Source: Lingula anatina (Eukaryota > Animalia > Brachiopoda). From it: 64,000 nt of DNA. A program made the position numbers and the translations under genes. The notes beneath the pieces were generated by a model, which was not told where the DNA came from, searched no databases, and worked only from the letters and a program-made list of their open reading frames with translations. The stretch spans positions 5,890,001 through 5,954,000 of the forward strand of contig CM120643.1 of the NCBI GenBank assembly GCA_051362555.1, written 5' to 3'. Positions 52,421 to 64,000 of this stretch are shown piece after piece. Positions within the stretch are counted from its first letter, which is position 1. The number at the start of each line of letters is the position of its first letter.

Positions 52421-53255
52421 TGATCCATGACAGCCAACCTGCTGAGAGTGAATGGCACCCTATGTGGACAAGTTGGGAATGCTGGAATTGATAACAGGTG
52501 ACTACATACATCTTTTTCAATAGAAGTATATGAATCAGCCTTGAAACAGTTTTACAAATGGACCAATATCTGTACTTTAAAGCTGGAACATAATTTTATA
52601 TCATGTTTTCAAACAAAGAAGTTGGTATTTTCTGGTCAAATGCACCCATTACTTGTCTACAAATTCCAGAGTTTACTAAATTAACAAGCAATCTCCACAG
52701 CTTCAGTAAGGTCGTTACCCACTACCTGACAACCCATTTCTTTGATATCCATCTTCATTCTAAGCAATACTTACTACACCCTTCCTCGTTGCTGTCATTG
52801 CTACAGTCACTGCTGTGGTAACATCTCCAAGTTAAGTTGATACAGCAACAATATTACCACATACAAACATATATGGCTGACATGTGTGATCCACAGGAAG
52901 ACAATAAAAAATACATCTTTAAAACAATCTACTTTATTTTCAAGTGTCTTAAAACTGTTCCTTCACTTTCTTTGACAAAGCATTAAAATACCTGGGTAAT
53001 TTACATTAAAATTCTTACATCACTAGCAGCACAAATCCACCTAAATATCAGAGATTTCATTGAACAAGATGAAAAACTTGCTGAAAGGCTGTGATTAAGC
53101 AGCATTACAGATTCAAAAATTCACTGAAATAAAGTGAAATATGTAAAGATCCAGAAGGCAATGAGATCTACTAATGAAGATTTATGAAACTCATGTTGTT
53201 ATCTGACCATCTTGCAAATAAGCCTGCGGTCATTGTGTTTTATTATTTTTATTTT

Positions 53256-53790
53256 AGTATAGTCCTATGCCTCCTAGCACAGTGTAGTAATCTGGAGTCA
53301 TTGTGTTCCATTGTGGCAGTATAGTCCTGTGCCTCCTAGAACAGTTTAGTAGTCTGGAGTCATTGTGTTCCATTGTGGCAGTATAGTCCTGTGCCTCCTA
53401 GAACAGTGTAGTAGTCTGGAGTCATTGTGTTCCATTGTGGCAGTATAGTCCTGTGCCTCCTAGAACAGTTTAGTAGTCTGGAGTCATTGTGTTCCATTGT
53501 GGCAGTATAGTCCTGTGTCTACTAGAACAGTGTAGTAGTCTGGAGTCATTGTGTTCCATTGTGGCAGTATAGTCCTGTGCCTTCTAGTACAGTGTAGTAG
53601 TCTGAAGTCATTGTGTTCCATTGTGGCAGTATAGTCCTGTGCCTCCTAGTACAGTGTAGTAGTCTGGAGTCATTGTGTTCCATTGTGGCAGTATAGTCCT
53701 GTGCCTCCTAGTACAGTGTAGTAGTCTGAAGTCATTGTGTTCCATTGTGGCAGTATAGTCCTGTGCCTCCAAGTACAGTGTAGTGTGGAG
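53256..53790. repeat. 62-bp minisatellite, ~8.5 copies
   Basis: Unit agtatagtcctgtgcctcctagaacagtgtagtagtctggagtcattgtgttccattgtggc, period 62. Confidence 0.95.
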
Positions 53791-54790
53791 TCAGATGATG
53801 GACTGGAAAAGACTAAAAAAATCAACAATCAGGCTTTTCCTCAAGATCAAAAATATTAGAGTACATAATAAAAATTTTAATAGGTTTATTACATCAAATA
53901 AACTGCAAAGAAATATATTAAAAAATAAACTTTCCAAATAAAGTATTGTTGTAAGTCAAGGCAGAAGCATACACTGTACCAGTACTGAAAATTAAGAGGT
54001 GGGTTTACAGTGCTTTCTGAAACTCAGGATGGTAGTGCTAGTTCACGTAAGTGGACACTCCATGGGGGGTTTGTGTTACTCATAGTTCAGTTCATATATT
54101 ACCATTTCGACAGATGACTCAAAAGAAACAAGAAAAAGGCCCACTTAAAAATTATATAAGAAGGAATAACGTCAGTTCTTCATTTTATTGCCTCACCTTC
54201 ATAAGGCATTGGGTAATTGCAGATGAAAAGGGAATGGCAAAACTGAAGTAGATGACTGCGTGCAGTCTTGCTAGATCTCCAAGGGCGCTTTTAATCTACA
54301 GCGTCAACATTCTGAAGCATTTTGTAAAATCTTCACCAGCACATTGCATCGTGATGTGAACAGTGAACAACTGACACAGTCGATAACATATGTGTCCGTC
54401 ACTTTAGATGTCTCATCCTGAATTCACCGATTAAGTTTGTCAATAGAATCTAAAACAAAACCAACTAAGAAAAGTGTCCTGATGTATGGTGAAACTCAGT
54501 GTGCAGAACGTTTGATGAAAATTCCGACTTTTCAGCGTCATCCTTTGCCTAGTCTACGCCATATAAAAATTGTTTAGTATAGATGGCGCTATGCAAGAGG
54601 TGAGACTTAGGATTTGTAAAGGACTGCGGCCAGTATCAGCAACAGGTTCACCGCCTGCTTTCTAAAAAACTCGTGCGAGGAACCGCAATAGATATGACCA
54701 GGGTCCAGGCACTGTGATATATATATTACGATATATTGTGATTTCTATTTATTAGAAAGACTCAAGGTCGAGAGCTTCAACGAAGCGTCA

Positions 54791-54855
54791 ATCTGATTGG
54801 CTTAAAGTTAAGGAAACAATACAGGAACCGTCCAATGAAATTCTTTTATACAATA
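54791..54855 (+). promoter_or_regulatory. Candidate promoter of the micro-exon gene
   Basis: Reverse CCAAT box (ctgattgg, about 54793-54800), CCAAT at 54832 and an AT-rich tttataca at about 54846, 40-100 nt upstream of the ATG at 54896. Confidence 0.4.
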
Positions 54856-54895
54856 ATTATTCCTGTTTATTGTTTTAGTAAACAGCAAAGAGACA

Positions 54896-56871
54896 ATGTC
54901 TACACAGCCGCTGCATGGTAAGTTTTATTTTTTATTCAAAACTGAAATTCTGTAGCAAGTTCAATGTAAGCCCACACAGCGCCTTTTTATCCGTCGTTCA
55001 TTTTTATGTGATTAATTAATATTCTAAATGAAATTCTTTAAAATTTCTTGTCACATGACGATTTGCTGATCATTCTGGTAATGGTACAAATGTATATATA
55101 CTATATATAGTTTACATCACAAACTACCAAATAAAGATACAGAATTCTATGTATCCCGTTAACATGGTTTCTTTAATTTATTGTACATATTGCAGATGAT
55201 AGCTGATATGGAAAATGAAATAAGAAGAACAGTGTGCTCGTAAGTTGTGTGCGTGTTTGTATAATCAGACTGTATGTGTTTTATAATACAACGGGCCTAA
55301 AACTACTCTTGCAATTTTTTGTTGTTATATAAATTAAAAAAAGATTAAATTTGTTCATAATAAGAAAGTAAGATATCCTATTCTTTATTTACATTAATGA
55401 AGTGGTCAGTTTGAATGTCTGTAATGTAAATATCAAAAACGATATATTGATAGTATTTCTTTCTATTTTACTTTTTACTTTGAACAGGCAAGGCCACTGT
55501 AAGAGTTTTCTTAACCAACAACTATTTAAAAGCCAAAGTGGTGGGCAGGAGAACTGCCCTTGGGGGATGGGACCCCCAGAAAGGTGTGAACCTGTCAAGG
55601 TTCACTGATATGGGGGTCCCATTTGTGTTCCATTTTTTCCTTCAGTTGATGTCAAAGACACAACAACTACTGTGACAGAGCTCGTGAAGTAGAGAGGTAA
55701 GATAGAATAGAATAGGTCAATAGAACAGGTATCAATTTATGACACTGATGACATGTGATTGTGCATGTACACACACACACACCAGGGGCGGATTTAGGCC
55801 GTCTTCTGGGTCTTCTGGAAGACGGTCAGATTTTTAAGTTAACATTGACGGGTGTCTAATTTTTCTGTCGGAAGACGGTCATAAATGGAGGATGAATCAA
55901 CAAAGATAATTTGGAAGACTGTCAGAAAATTTCTCTGGATCCGCCCCTGCACACACACACACACACACACAATCAAAGGCACTGTACTTGCATGCACAAG
56001 CAAAGTCTGGCCTTTGACATATTTAAGAAGATACTTTATCTTCTGAAAATTAATGTTTTTGTTGTGTAAAGATTGAACACACATAATGTTGATCTGAAAA
56101 TTCAATTTAATTCTGTTCTTTCAGTTGATACCAAACTGAAAGACAAGAACAATGTAACACCTGTAAACCCACTAAGTATGGAGGAGATAGGTAAGACAGG
56201 AATCTCAGTAAAATAGTTATGACTTTTAATATACTTATGAAACATGCGTGCACACACACACATACACTAACAAACACACATACACGCACGCACATACACA
56301 CCACAAGCATGTTGCTCAAGCAAAGTCTTTAGCATACTTAAGAAGATAATTTATTTTTAAGTCATTTAAATATTTGAATGTGTCTTCCATAAATTGTAAT
56401 ACTGAGTCCTGTTTGAACATGCGCAGATATGGAATGTTAAGTTTTTATTAGATATCATTTTTTCTTTAGCCAATATCAAAGACACAAAGACTGTGTCAGA
56501 TGCTGAAGGCATCAAAGAAAAAGGTAAGACAATAAGCTTAGGACAACTTACGGGAAGTCATTTACCACATTTAAAAACGTAAACACACACACAGATGGTC
56601 TCTAGTGGGAGACTCTGATGCACAAACACTGAGTTCAAATTCACTGTTCAGTGATCTAAATTTTTGAATGGGTCTTCGACTATGTTAAATAATGTATTGA
56701 ATTCTTGTTGTGCACAGGTATGAAATGTTTAATTTGTTTTCCTGTCTTTCTTCAGTCAATATCAATGACACAACAACTGTGAAAGCAGACGTGAAGGAGA
56801 GAGGTAAGACAGTAGGGTCAACAAAATAGTAGGGTCAATATTTATTATACTGATGGAATGTGATTGTGCAT

Positions 56872-56915
<44 letters not shown>

Positions 56916-57176
56916 CTTATGTTGTGCCAACACAGTTTGTGCTTTTGGCAAGTTAAAAATAATATTGGCAGAATTGTTTATTCCAAATACTGGTAAAAGT
57001 GTTTCATTGAAGCTTCATACATGAAATATGATGTCGCACTGACTTATTGAACATTTTATACTTTTGCCTCTTAGTAAGTATTATACATTTCAGCTCCAAA
57101 GAATCGCCGCCAATCTAGGTGGAGGAGGGTATTGAATCTGTTCACGTCTTGCTTCAGACGGAGGGCACAAACATAA
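54896..57176 (+). CDS. Uncharacterised micro-exon gene (repeated phase-1 exons, basic amphipathic C-terminus); possibly partly degenerate
   Basis: Exons with ag/gtaag boundaries: 54896-54917 (MSTQPLH), 55196-55239, 55646-55696, 56125-56190, 56470-56523, 56756-56803, then 57094-57176 (PKNRRQSRWRRVLNLFTSCFRRRAQT*). The four repeated exons are 51, 66, 54 and 48 nt, all phase 1-1 and mutually similar. Confidence 0.7.
55783..55949. mobile_element. MITE, same family as 2078-2245, inserted in a (CA)n tract
   Basis: Near-identical sequence and TIRs; flanked by cacac on both sides. Confidence 0.88.
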
Positions 57177-58774
57177 ATGGTTATTATTATTATTATTATT
57201 AATTAATTAAATAATTCTAAGCACTTCAGACATTAAGAATTGAAGAAAAGTCAACAGTATTTTTAAAAGAATAGATTTATTATACATTTATAGAGAAGTT
57301 CTTTTTGTTTGTGTCTTTGTTTTGGTGGTATCATAACTTAGTAAGCTTTCAGTTTTTTAGAAGAGAACTGTCAAACAGCTGTAAAACTGTACATTAAAGA
57401 AATAAATTAATTATATCACAGCAGCCAGGAGCTGGTGGTTGTAGAGTTACTGACAACATCTATTTACACCTAACTGAATACACATTTTAACTGAATTATA
57501 TTTTAATATTTTCATCTTTTATTTTTTAGGGTCGTCAGTGCAGAACTATCATTGCCTCAGTAGAAGACAGTTAAAAAACTGCAAAATGTCATTCTCTAAA
57601 TTTTACAATAAAATATTAATATTTTTTATCAAATGAGTTTTGTTTTTCTTTTCTTAATTGAGGGTACCATTGGGGAGGGGTGTTCACAGTTCACAGGAAA
57701 TAAAACCATTAATTTACAAATCACAGTAAACAAAACTTTATGCATATCTCACCAACAATGCTAGTTGAAAATCATGAAAATTACGAATTACCAGGTATAA
57801 GGCTTAGTAAGACTTTTTTTTACAATAAATGAAGCACTATAGTAATTACCTTTTTCCAATAAAACAACATTTGATTTAAGTTTTAAAGTTTGAAGTTTAT
57901 CTCAAATTTTTTATCAAATTCTTTTTTATTTCATTTATTAAACTTAAGAAATAAACTATACATGGTACAAACTTTTAACTATATTCAAATACATACATAA
58001 ACACTCATACTAACACACATGTACCCTACCATACGGCTCAATTACTGACAACTTCACTTTTGGTTTTATATTCCAGTATGTTCATGTTTAAATACAATAG
58101 ATATATAGTTCAAACTCCTAGGAATTCACTTGAAAAGCAAACTTGCTTTAGACAAAAACGGTTTTCTAGATCACTTGCAACTTTTACAGATAATGTATAT
58201 GTGCAATATTGAGAGTATTTTCATCTTTTATTTTTTAGGGTCGTCAGTGCAGAACTATCATTGCCTCTGTAGAAGCATCTGGTGGTTACATCGGTTACAG
58301 GGGAGAAACGGGGAAAAAAACTTATCTATGTTATTAACACTGATAGTTAAATAATTGGGAGAGATCTTCAACTGGATGATATCTTGACAGAAAGAATGGA
58401 GAAAACAACAAAACGAAATATGGGGATCCCACCCATCCAGCAAGTTCTCTTTTTAAAGTAGTTCTTGACTCTCTGCAGTATTTTAATTCCACTTTTAGGC
58501 CTAGTTCATAATTTTTATTGTCCAGTGTTTTATTTTAGTATTATCTCTCAAAGGATAACAATAGCCTATATTTATATTTTAATATTTTTCTTGTCTGAAT
58601 AAATTCTTACTAAATTTTTACTTTATCTTACCTTACTTGTACTATTGCTATAGCCATGTTACATGTATTATCATAAAAATATTGTAAATAGCGGCAACAA
58701 GTTCTTTTTCTGATACAATTCTTTTGTTGTCATTTTCAAATTGATTAAAGGATTTAAAATCTTTTACAAACTGC

Positions 58775-60234
58775 TCTTGCCCGTTGCCAACGCCCTCAGT
58801 TCAGGTCTATCATTTAAAATCAAATGTTTTATTGTATAAAATATAACATGTATAAAACCACATACTTCGTTGGAATAATCTAGCTTTGTTTAATACTGTG
58901 CATGAACCCAAAAATAAAGCTCTAGTATAATCAAAATAGAAATATCAAGACTTCTTGAACAAGATGGATCACATTAGAATCCCCCCCCTCCCCTCTCATC
59001 CTGCCCCCTTTCTACTGATACCATACAAACAAGCCACCTTCCAAAACTCAGCGTGAGGTCAAAAGTTCACGGATAGGATATGCCATGTACAGGTGATTAG
59101 GGGAGATAGGTGGTGTCTTTTTGCGTTTTTTTTATTCTGCCAATTTTGAGAAGAAATATCAGTATCTTTCACTGCACTTAGTAAAAATAAATTAAATTAA
59201 GCCAATTTTCTTTCCTTTATTACGTAATTCGTCGGATGTAATTACATACAACAAATTCCTAGAAAACCTTTACCCCCTCTTGTGAATGCAATGTGTCGTC
59301 TGCAGAGCTCAGCGTCTGCCACCACGCTGGATGCTTCGCGCTTCCCGGGAGCTGAACAGTTAACGCGGTCTGAAAAATTTTAGGGAGAGGCAGATGGAAA
59401 AGAGAGGGATCTTGGTATCTATAAAGTTCTACTTGGTGAAGCTGGAGATTTGGGCTAGTTTTAATCTTTTCATTAAAAGTTTGCCACATACTCTGTCTTT
59501 CAGTGACCCTATGCAACCAAAATATTTTGCTGGCATCCTGATACATTTTCCACTTCTGTCTCCCCCCTAAAATGGTCCACACTCAATAATCAATAATCGT
59601 ATGGCAATTTTATACAGACAATTGACCCACTTTTATGCCCATGCAGCTAACAACGAGTTTTATGGCTGTGGAGTGATACACGTCTGCAATATAAAATTTA
59701 TTACTAATTACATAATTTACAAACAGTGTGTGCGGATCAAAAGTGTCCCAATTCGTGAGCAAAAGGGAACATTACTTTTTGAAAATAATTAAAAAATTAG
59801 AGACAAGCCAAAATCAGAAAAAAATTCATTTTTTCTCTTATATGCAAATTAGGTCTTCTGAAGTAATATAAGACTGGCCGGAAGTGATGTTCATATCAGA
59901 GATTTGTAATGATGATGATCTTGATGACCTTGGTGATTTTAATGGTGATTCAAAAAAAATCTTATCAAAGTTTTCAGTTAATTGTTATCTGGTGAGAAAG
60001 AAAGTTTCTGCACTAACGCAATCATTCTACCAGTAAAGAATAGATAGTAAACGCGTTTCCGAGATGCACTGCAGACGACACGACATTTGGGGGAAAATCG
60101 CACACCTAAGATATTAGGTTAAAATAATGATATATAGGTAAAAATGCATGTCTAAATTTTCCATTAAATTTGTGACTGCATTTCTATTTATTTGTGTTCG
60201 ACAAGGGTGAATTTTATAGGGATATTGTCTTTCT

Positions 60235-60291
<57 letters not shown>

Positions 60292-60430
60292 CGAAAATTG
60301 GGCATAGGCCCTAACAGTTAAAATATCCAGAAATAAAAAGATTTCAAAATTTAAAATCTTCTTGGTCACTACGATTCCTCGTCGTGGTGGTTCACGGGGA
60401 AATTTTTAAGATAACTTGTAATTATAAAAA
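58775..60430. mobile_element. Interspersed repeat copy B (uninterrupted)
   Basis: Direct-orientation homolog of 4535-6277 plus 9767-9840. Confidence 0.85.
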
Positions 60431-60762
60431 TTGATAACGCGCTTCTTAATAATGTTCATGATTAACAAGTAAATTACGCTCAAACTTAAAATCGCCTTGA
60501 CTTGTGTCAAAATTACATTTTTCATTAGACTTTTTGGATTGTGTCGAAATGAGTTTTTTAGTCTTCTCTTACTGTTTAAGTGCGGAAAATAGGCCTAGCT
60601 GTTTGTTGTAAATAAACTCAAGTTTGATATAGCAACAAGTCAAGTTGGAAGCATTTGTTCATTGTGCTTATTTTGAGAAGGGGGTACCAATATCTTTCAT
60701 TGCATTTACTAAAAAGACTCAAAGATATCTATCCCCTTCCCAACACAACACTTAACGTGTAA

Positions 60763-60985
60763 AGCCCCCTTTACATTGGATGGCGTCCTTTCTGCGTCCA
60801 GCAGTACGGCCCCATTTGAGAGTTAAAAAATTATAATACTTTACGTGCCGACAACTGGCCGATCATTGAGCATTCATTCTGATACAAAATCAATGCTCGT
60901 GCCTCCTTATTAAGACCACAGCAATGCCAAATTTCATGGTCGCAGAAAGGACGCAGAAAGGACGCCGTCCAGTGTCAAGGGGGTA
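60763..60985. mobile_element. Harbinger-type MITE copy 1
   Basis: agccccctttacattggatggcgtcc / ggacgccgtccagtgtcaaggggg TIRs, TAA flanks. Confidence 0.8.
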
Positions 60986-61054
60986 TAAGTAAATACACAT
61001 TTCCTTAGATAGACTATTATTCCATTCTGTGAATGTAATATGCCGATTCCCTAA

Positions 61055-61270
61055 AGCCCCCTTTACACTGGACGGCGTCCTTTCTGCGTCCCTCAGTGCG
61101 ACCTCGTTTGAGAGTAAAAAATATTTTACGTGATGACAACTCGCCGATCACTGAGAATTCACTCTGCAACCAAAGCGATGCTTGTGCCTCCTTTCTACAC
61201 GACCACAGCGATGCCAGTTTTATTGTCGCACAAAGGATGCAAAAAGACGCCATCCAGTGGAAAGGGGGTT
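61055..61270. mobile_element. Harbinger-type MITE copy 2
   Basis: Same family as 60763-60985, 70 bp away, TAA flanks. Confidence 0.8.
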
Positions 61271-63639
61271 TAACAGACGCTCTCTTGTGTGGTGCTTGCC
61301 ACCAACTACAGTGTACCGTAGAGAATAGAACATGTCAATATGTGAACCTTACATAATGAAAAAAAAACTTTGCCATGTGATCAATAAGACTCCAAATATA
61401 TGTGTGAAGATCGATTTGTGGTCAAATTATCAAAACTCATATAGATATCTTTTATTTTTAATGAAAATTGCAAACAGGTTACAGGGGCGGATTAAGGATT
61501 ATTTGAAGGGAGGGGGGTTCCGCGGAGATCAGTTATCAACGGCTTACTAGCTGTTACTCATCTGGCCAGTTTGCATTCTGAGATATTTTTTTCAAAATTA
61601 TACAGCTGCTTGTCTTTCCCATTTCGATGAATAATATTTCTTCGAATATCGAAATGATATAAAGAAATATTTACCGCAAATTGTAATCGCTCCTCATTGC
61701 TCTTGTTGGCACTCTCTCCATGTCCAGCGGTACTTGTAGTGCCCAGTCCACCGAATACTTGTTACAAAACAGATAATAACATTGAGTTCTCTTGCACATT
61801 TCGTTATCATAAATTCCCCAGTAAGATTGATTAAGATTCCTTTTATCATGTCTTAGCAAATTGATTTTGAGAAGCGCGTGCACACACACCCTCACCCACC
61901 CCCCACCCCACACACACACACACACACAGGAGAGAGAGAGAGAGAGAGAGAGAGAGCAGGTTAAATTTCTTAGGTGATAGGAACAATCAACAAAGATCAA
62001 CATAAACCGTCTCGAATCGGACTTCTCACAACATTTTCCCCTTTCTTTAAACTTAACAAATTCAAGCCATCAAATTATGTAAGATTTTACCTCAAATTAC
62101 CAAATATCATATCATCTCCATACATACAGGTAGACATACTGTCAAAAGATACTGGTAGATCAACTTAAACAGTTTTGAGTAAGAATTCTCACAATATTTG
62201 TTTTTTTTAGTTCTTTTATTTTTTTGAAACAAAGTCAAGTTGTTACATCATCTAAGATTTAATTAAAAATATGATATTGCATACATGGACATACTTTATG
62301 AACATTTCTGTAGTTGTCGTACATTTGTAACCTAAATTTCTTTGTCTTGGAAACTCGCTGATGAAAAGAGTATGTGTACTTATCTAAATACAAGTAATCT
62401 ACAGGCCTTTTCTATATTTTGGCTATACACAAGACTTGACGAAACTCTCCCTGATATCTTTTATTTTATAAGTTTTTTTTTTTTTTGTTCTAAGTGTATT
62501 TTGTGATAACCCTGTAAGAATGTTAGCATGGCTTTATTATGAATTTTCGATAAAAAAAACTAGTAGAATACTTTAACATAACAAGAAACAAAGATGACTG
62601 TGCTGCTTTTAGTGGTTTCTTTCGACAGGATTTACGGTTTATTACGAGGCGGTCTATCTATACTACACTGAAGCTTCGACTTCATAACGAATAACGTTAT
62701 TATGTCCACGACTGAAGGCATCCGTAACTGTTTTTGGATTAAAATACTCTAGATTCAGCAGAATTATCATATCAAAAACACCAAAAAGTGATATCTCAAA
62801 TCTACCGGAGAAGTGTATTTTCATTTTTTTTTCCGTTATTAGATTATACATTTAATTCTCATGCCTAGATTACATTTGAAAAGTGTACTGTGCGATGGAA
62901 TCGTAAACGATTTTCCATGCATTTTTTAAAATTTTATTTTGCATCGTAAGTGGCTACGGGCTACAGCGAATACGTTTACATTACGGACGGGTTAATGTTA
63001 TTGTTATAATGTTAATGATTTCACAATTAACTCTTATGCCTAGATTACACTAGAAAAGTGTGTCGTGCGTTTTTATTATTTTTTTTAACGTCGTACGGGC
63101 TACGGCGAATACGTTTACATTACAGATAGCTAGGTTAATGTTAATGTTAATGTTAATCAATCGCCAAAATATTAATTTTATTACGAAACATTGCTTTTTT
63201 ACACAGATACTGAGGAATTGAATCTCGAGCTGGACCAACCATTGTACTTCATATCTGCTCATTAATGACAAAATCCCCGCAATACTACTTGTACACAACA
63301 AGTAGACTGTCCTGCAGGTAGTTGCAACAGGTTTAATCAGCCCATGGGTACACAATGATGCTTTAAGGACTTCTTTAAAGCCTTCTGCTGCTGCTCCGCA
63401 GAGACGGAATAAATATAAAACATCGATGCATGTATCAGACTATTTCGAAAATAGATTATTTACCAGAATAAAATGGCGATTGTTTTATTTATTATTACTT
63501 TTACATGAGACTGAGCTCTCGGTTTTATTCTACCGGATTTCATTGCTGACAAAATCGATACTGGAGACGACGTAAAGCGGTTATGTTGACGTGGATAAAG
63601 ATATCAAATCCTAACTTGAGCTTTAACTAAAGCGTTTTA

Positions 63640-64000
63640 CGTAACAGACAAGAGACTATGATAAAAGCCAACCATAACGAACAATACAGCCGAAAAAACA
63701 ATGTAAAAATATATGGCATCCCGGAGTCTGAATCGGGCGATCAGACAACTTCTGCCCTAGTAACTAAAACATTAAAAGAGAAGATACAGGAAGAGGTGAA
63801 AGGCGGTGAAAGGCCAGGATTCCCGGCAAACCAGGGGAACCCAGGCCGATCATCTTAAAGTTAAAAAACACAGAGATAAAATCCCGTATCATGCGCAAAA
63901 GGGGTGAGCTAAAAAGGTCCGACAGAGCCCTGAGGCTAGCAGACGATGTTACAAAAGAAAATAAGGAACTACTTAAATTGCTGAATGACCATCCAGAATG
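63640..64000 (+). mobile_element. LINE ORF1-like (L1 ORF1p RRM-type) fragment, frameshifted, runs off window
   Basis: NEQYSRKNNVKIYGIPE motif, then after a frameshift near 63810 PRPIILKLKNTEIKSRIMRKRGELK...LRLADDVTKENKELL. Confidence 0.8.

Noticed and set aside
53256-53790. Coding or exon-bearing role for the 62-bp minisatellite
   Set aside because: No consistent donor/acceptor pair, period not a multiple of 3, and frequent stops.

Overview
AT-rich, intron-containing animal genomic DNA. The transposon repertoire (Helentron-type HINEs, Academ-, Kolobok-, IS3EU- and Harbinger-like non-autonomous elements) suggests an invertebrate, possibly a mollusc; this is inference. Most entries in the ORF track are spurious. 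Reading splice sites by hand gives four gene-like loci. (1) A minus-strand aromatic-L-amino-acid decarboxylase (DDC-family) pseudogene, 8 exons between 32445 and 24550, with two frameshifts, a nonsense codon and a dead splice donor. (2) The last three coding exons of dihydrolipoamide dehydrogenase (DLD, minus, 46916-44909), with no upstream exons recognisable in the window. (3) A small plus-strand gene built from symmetric phase-1 repeated micro-exons ending in a basic/amphipathic Cys-containing tail (54896-57176). (4) A TATA/Inr-headed minus-strand unit (about 41600-35850) containing a tandem array of 19 intron + 52-nt exon cassettes followed by an exon inflated by a 52-nt minisatellite. The rest is nested DNA transposons (one carrying a USP-like protease fragment), LINE fragments, a ~178-bp satellite with higher-order structure, and microsatellites.
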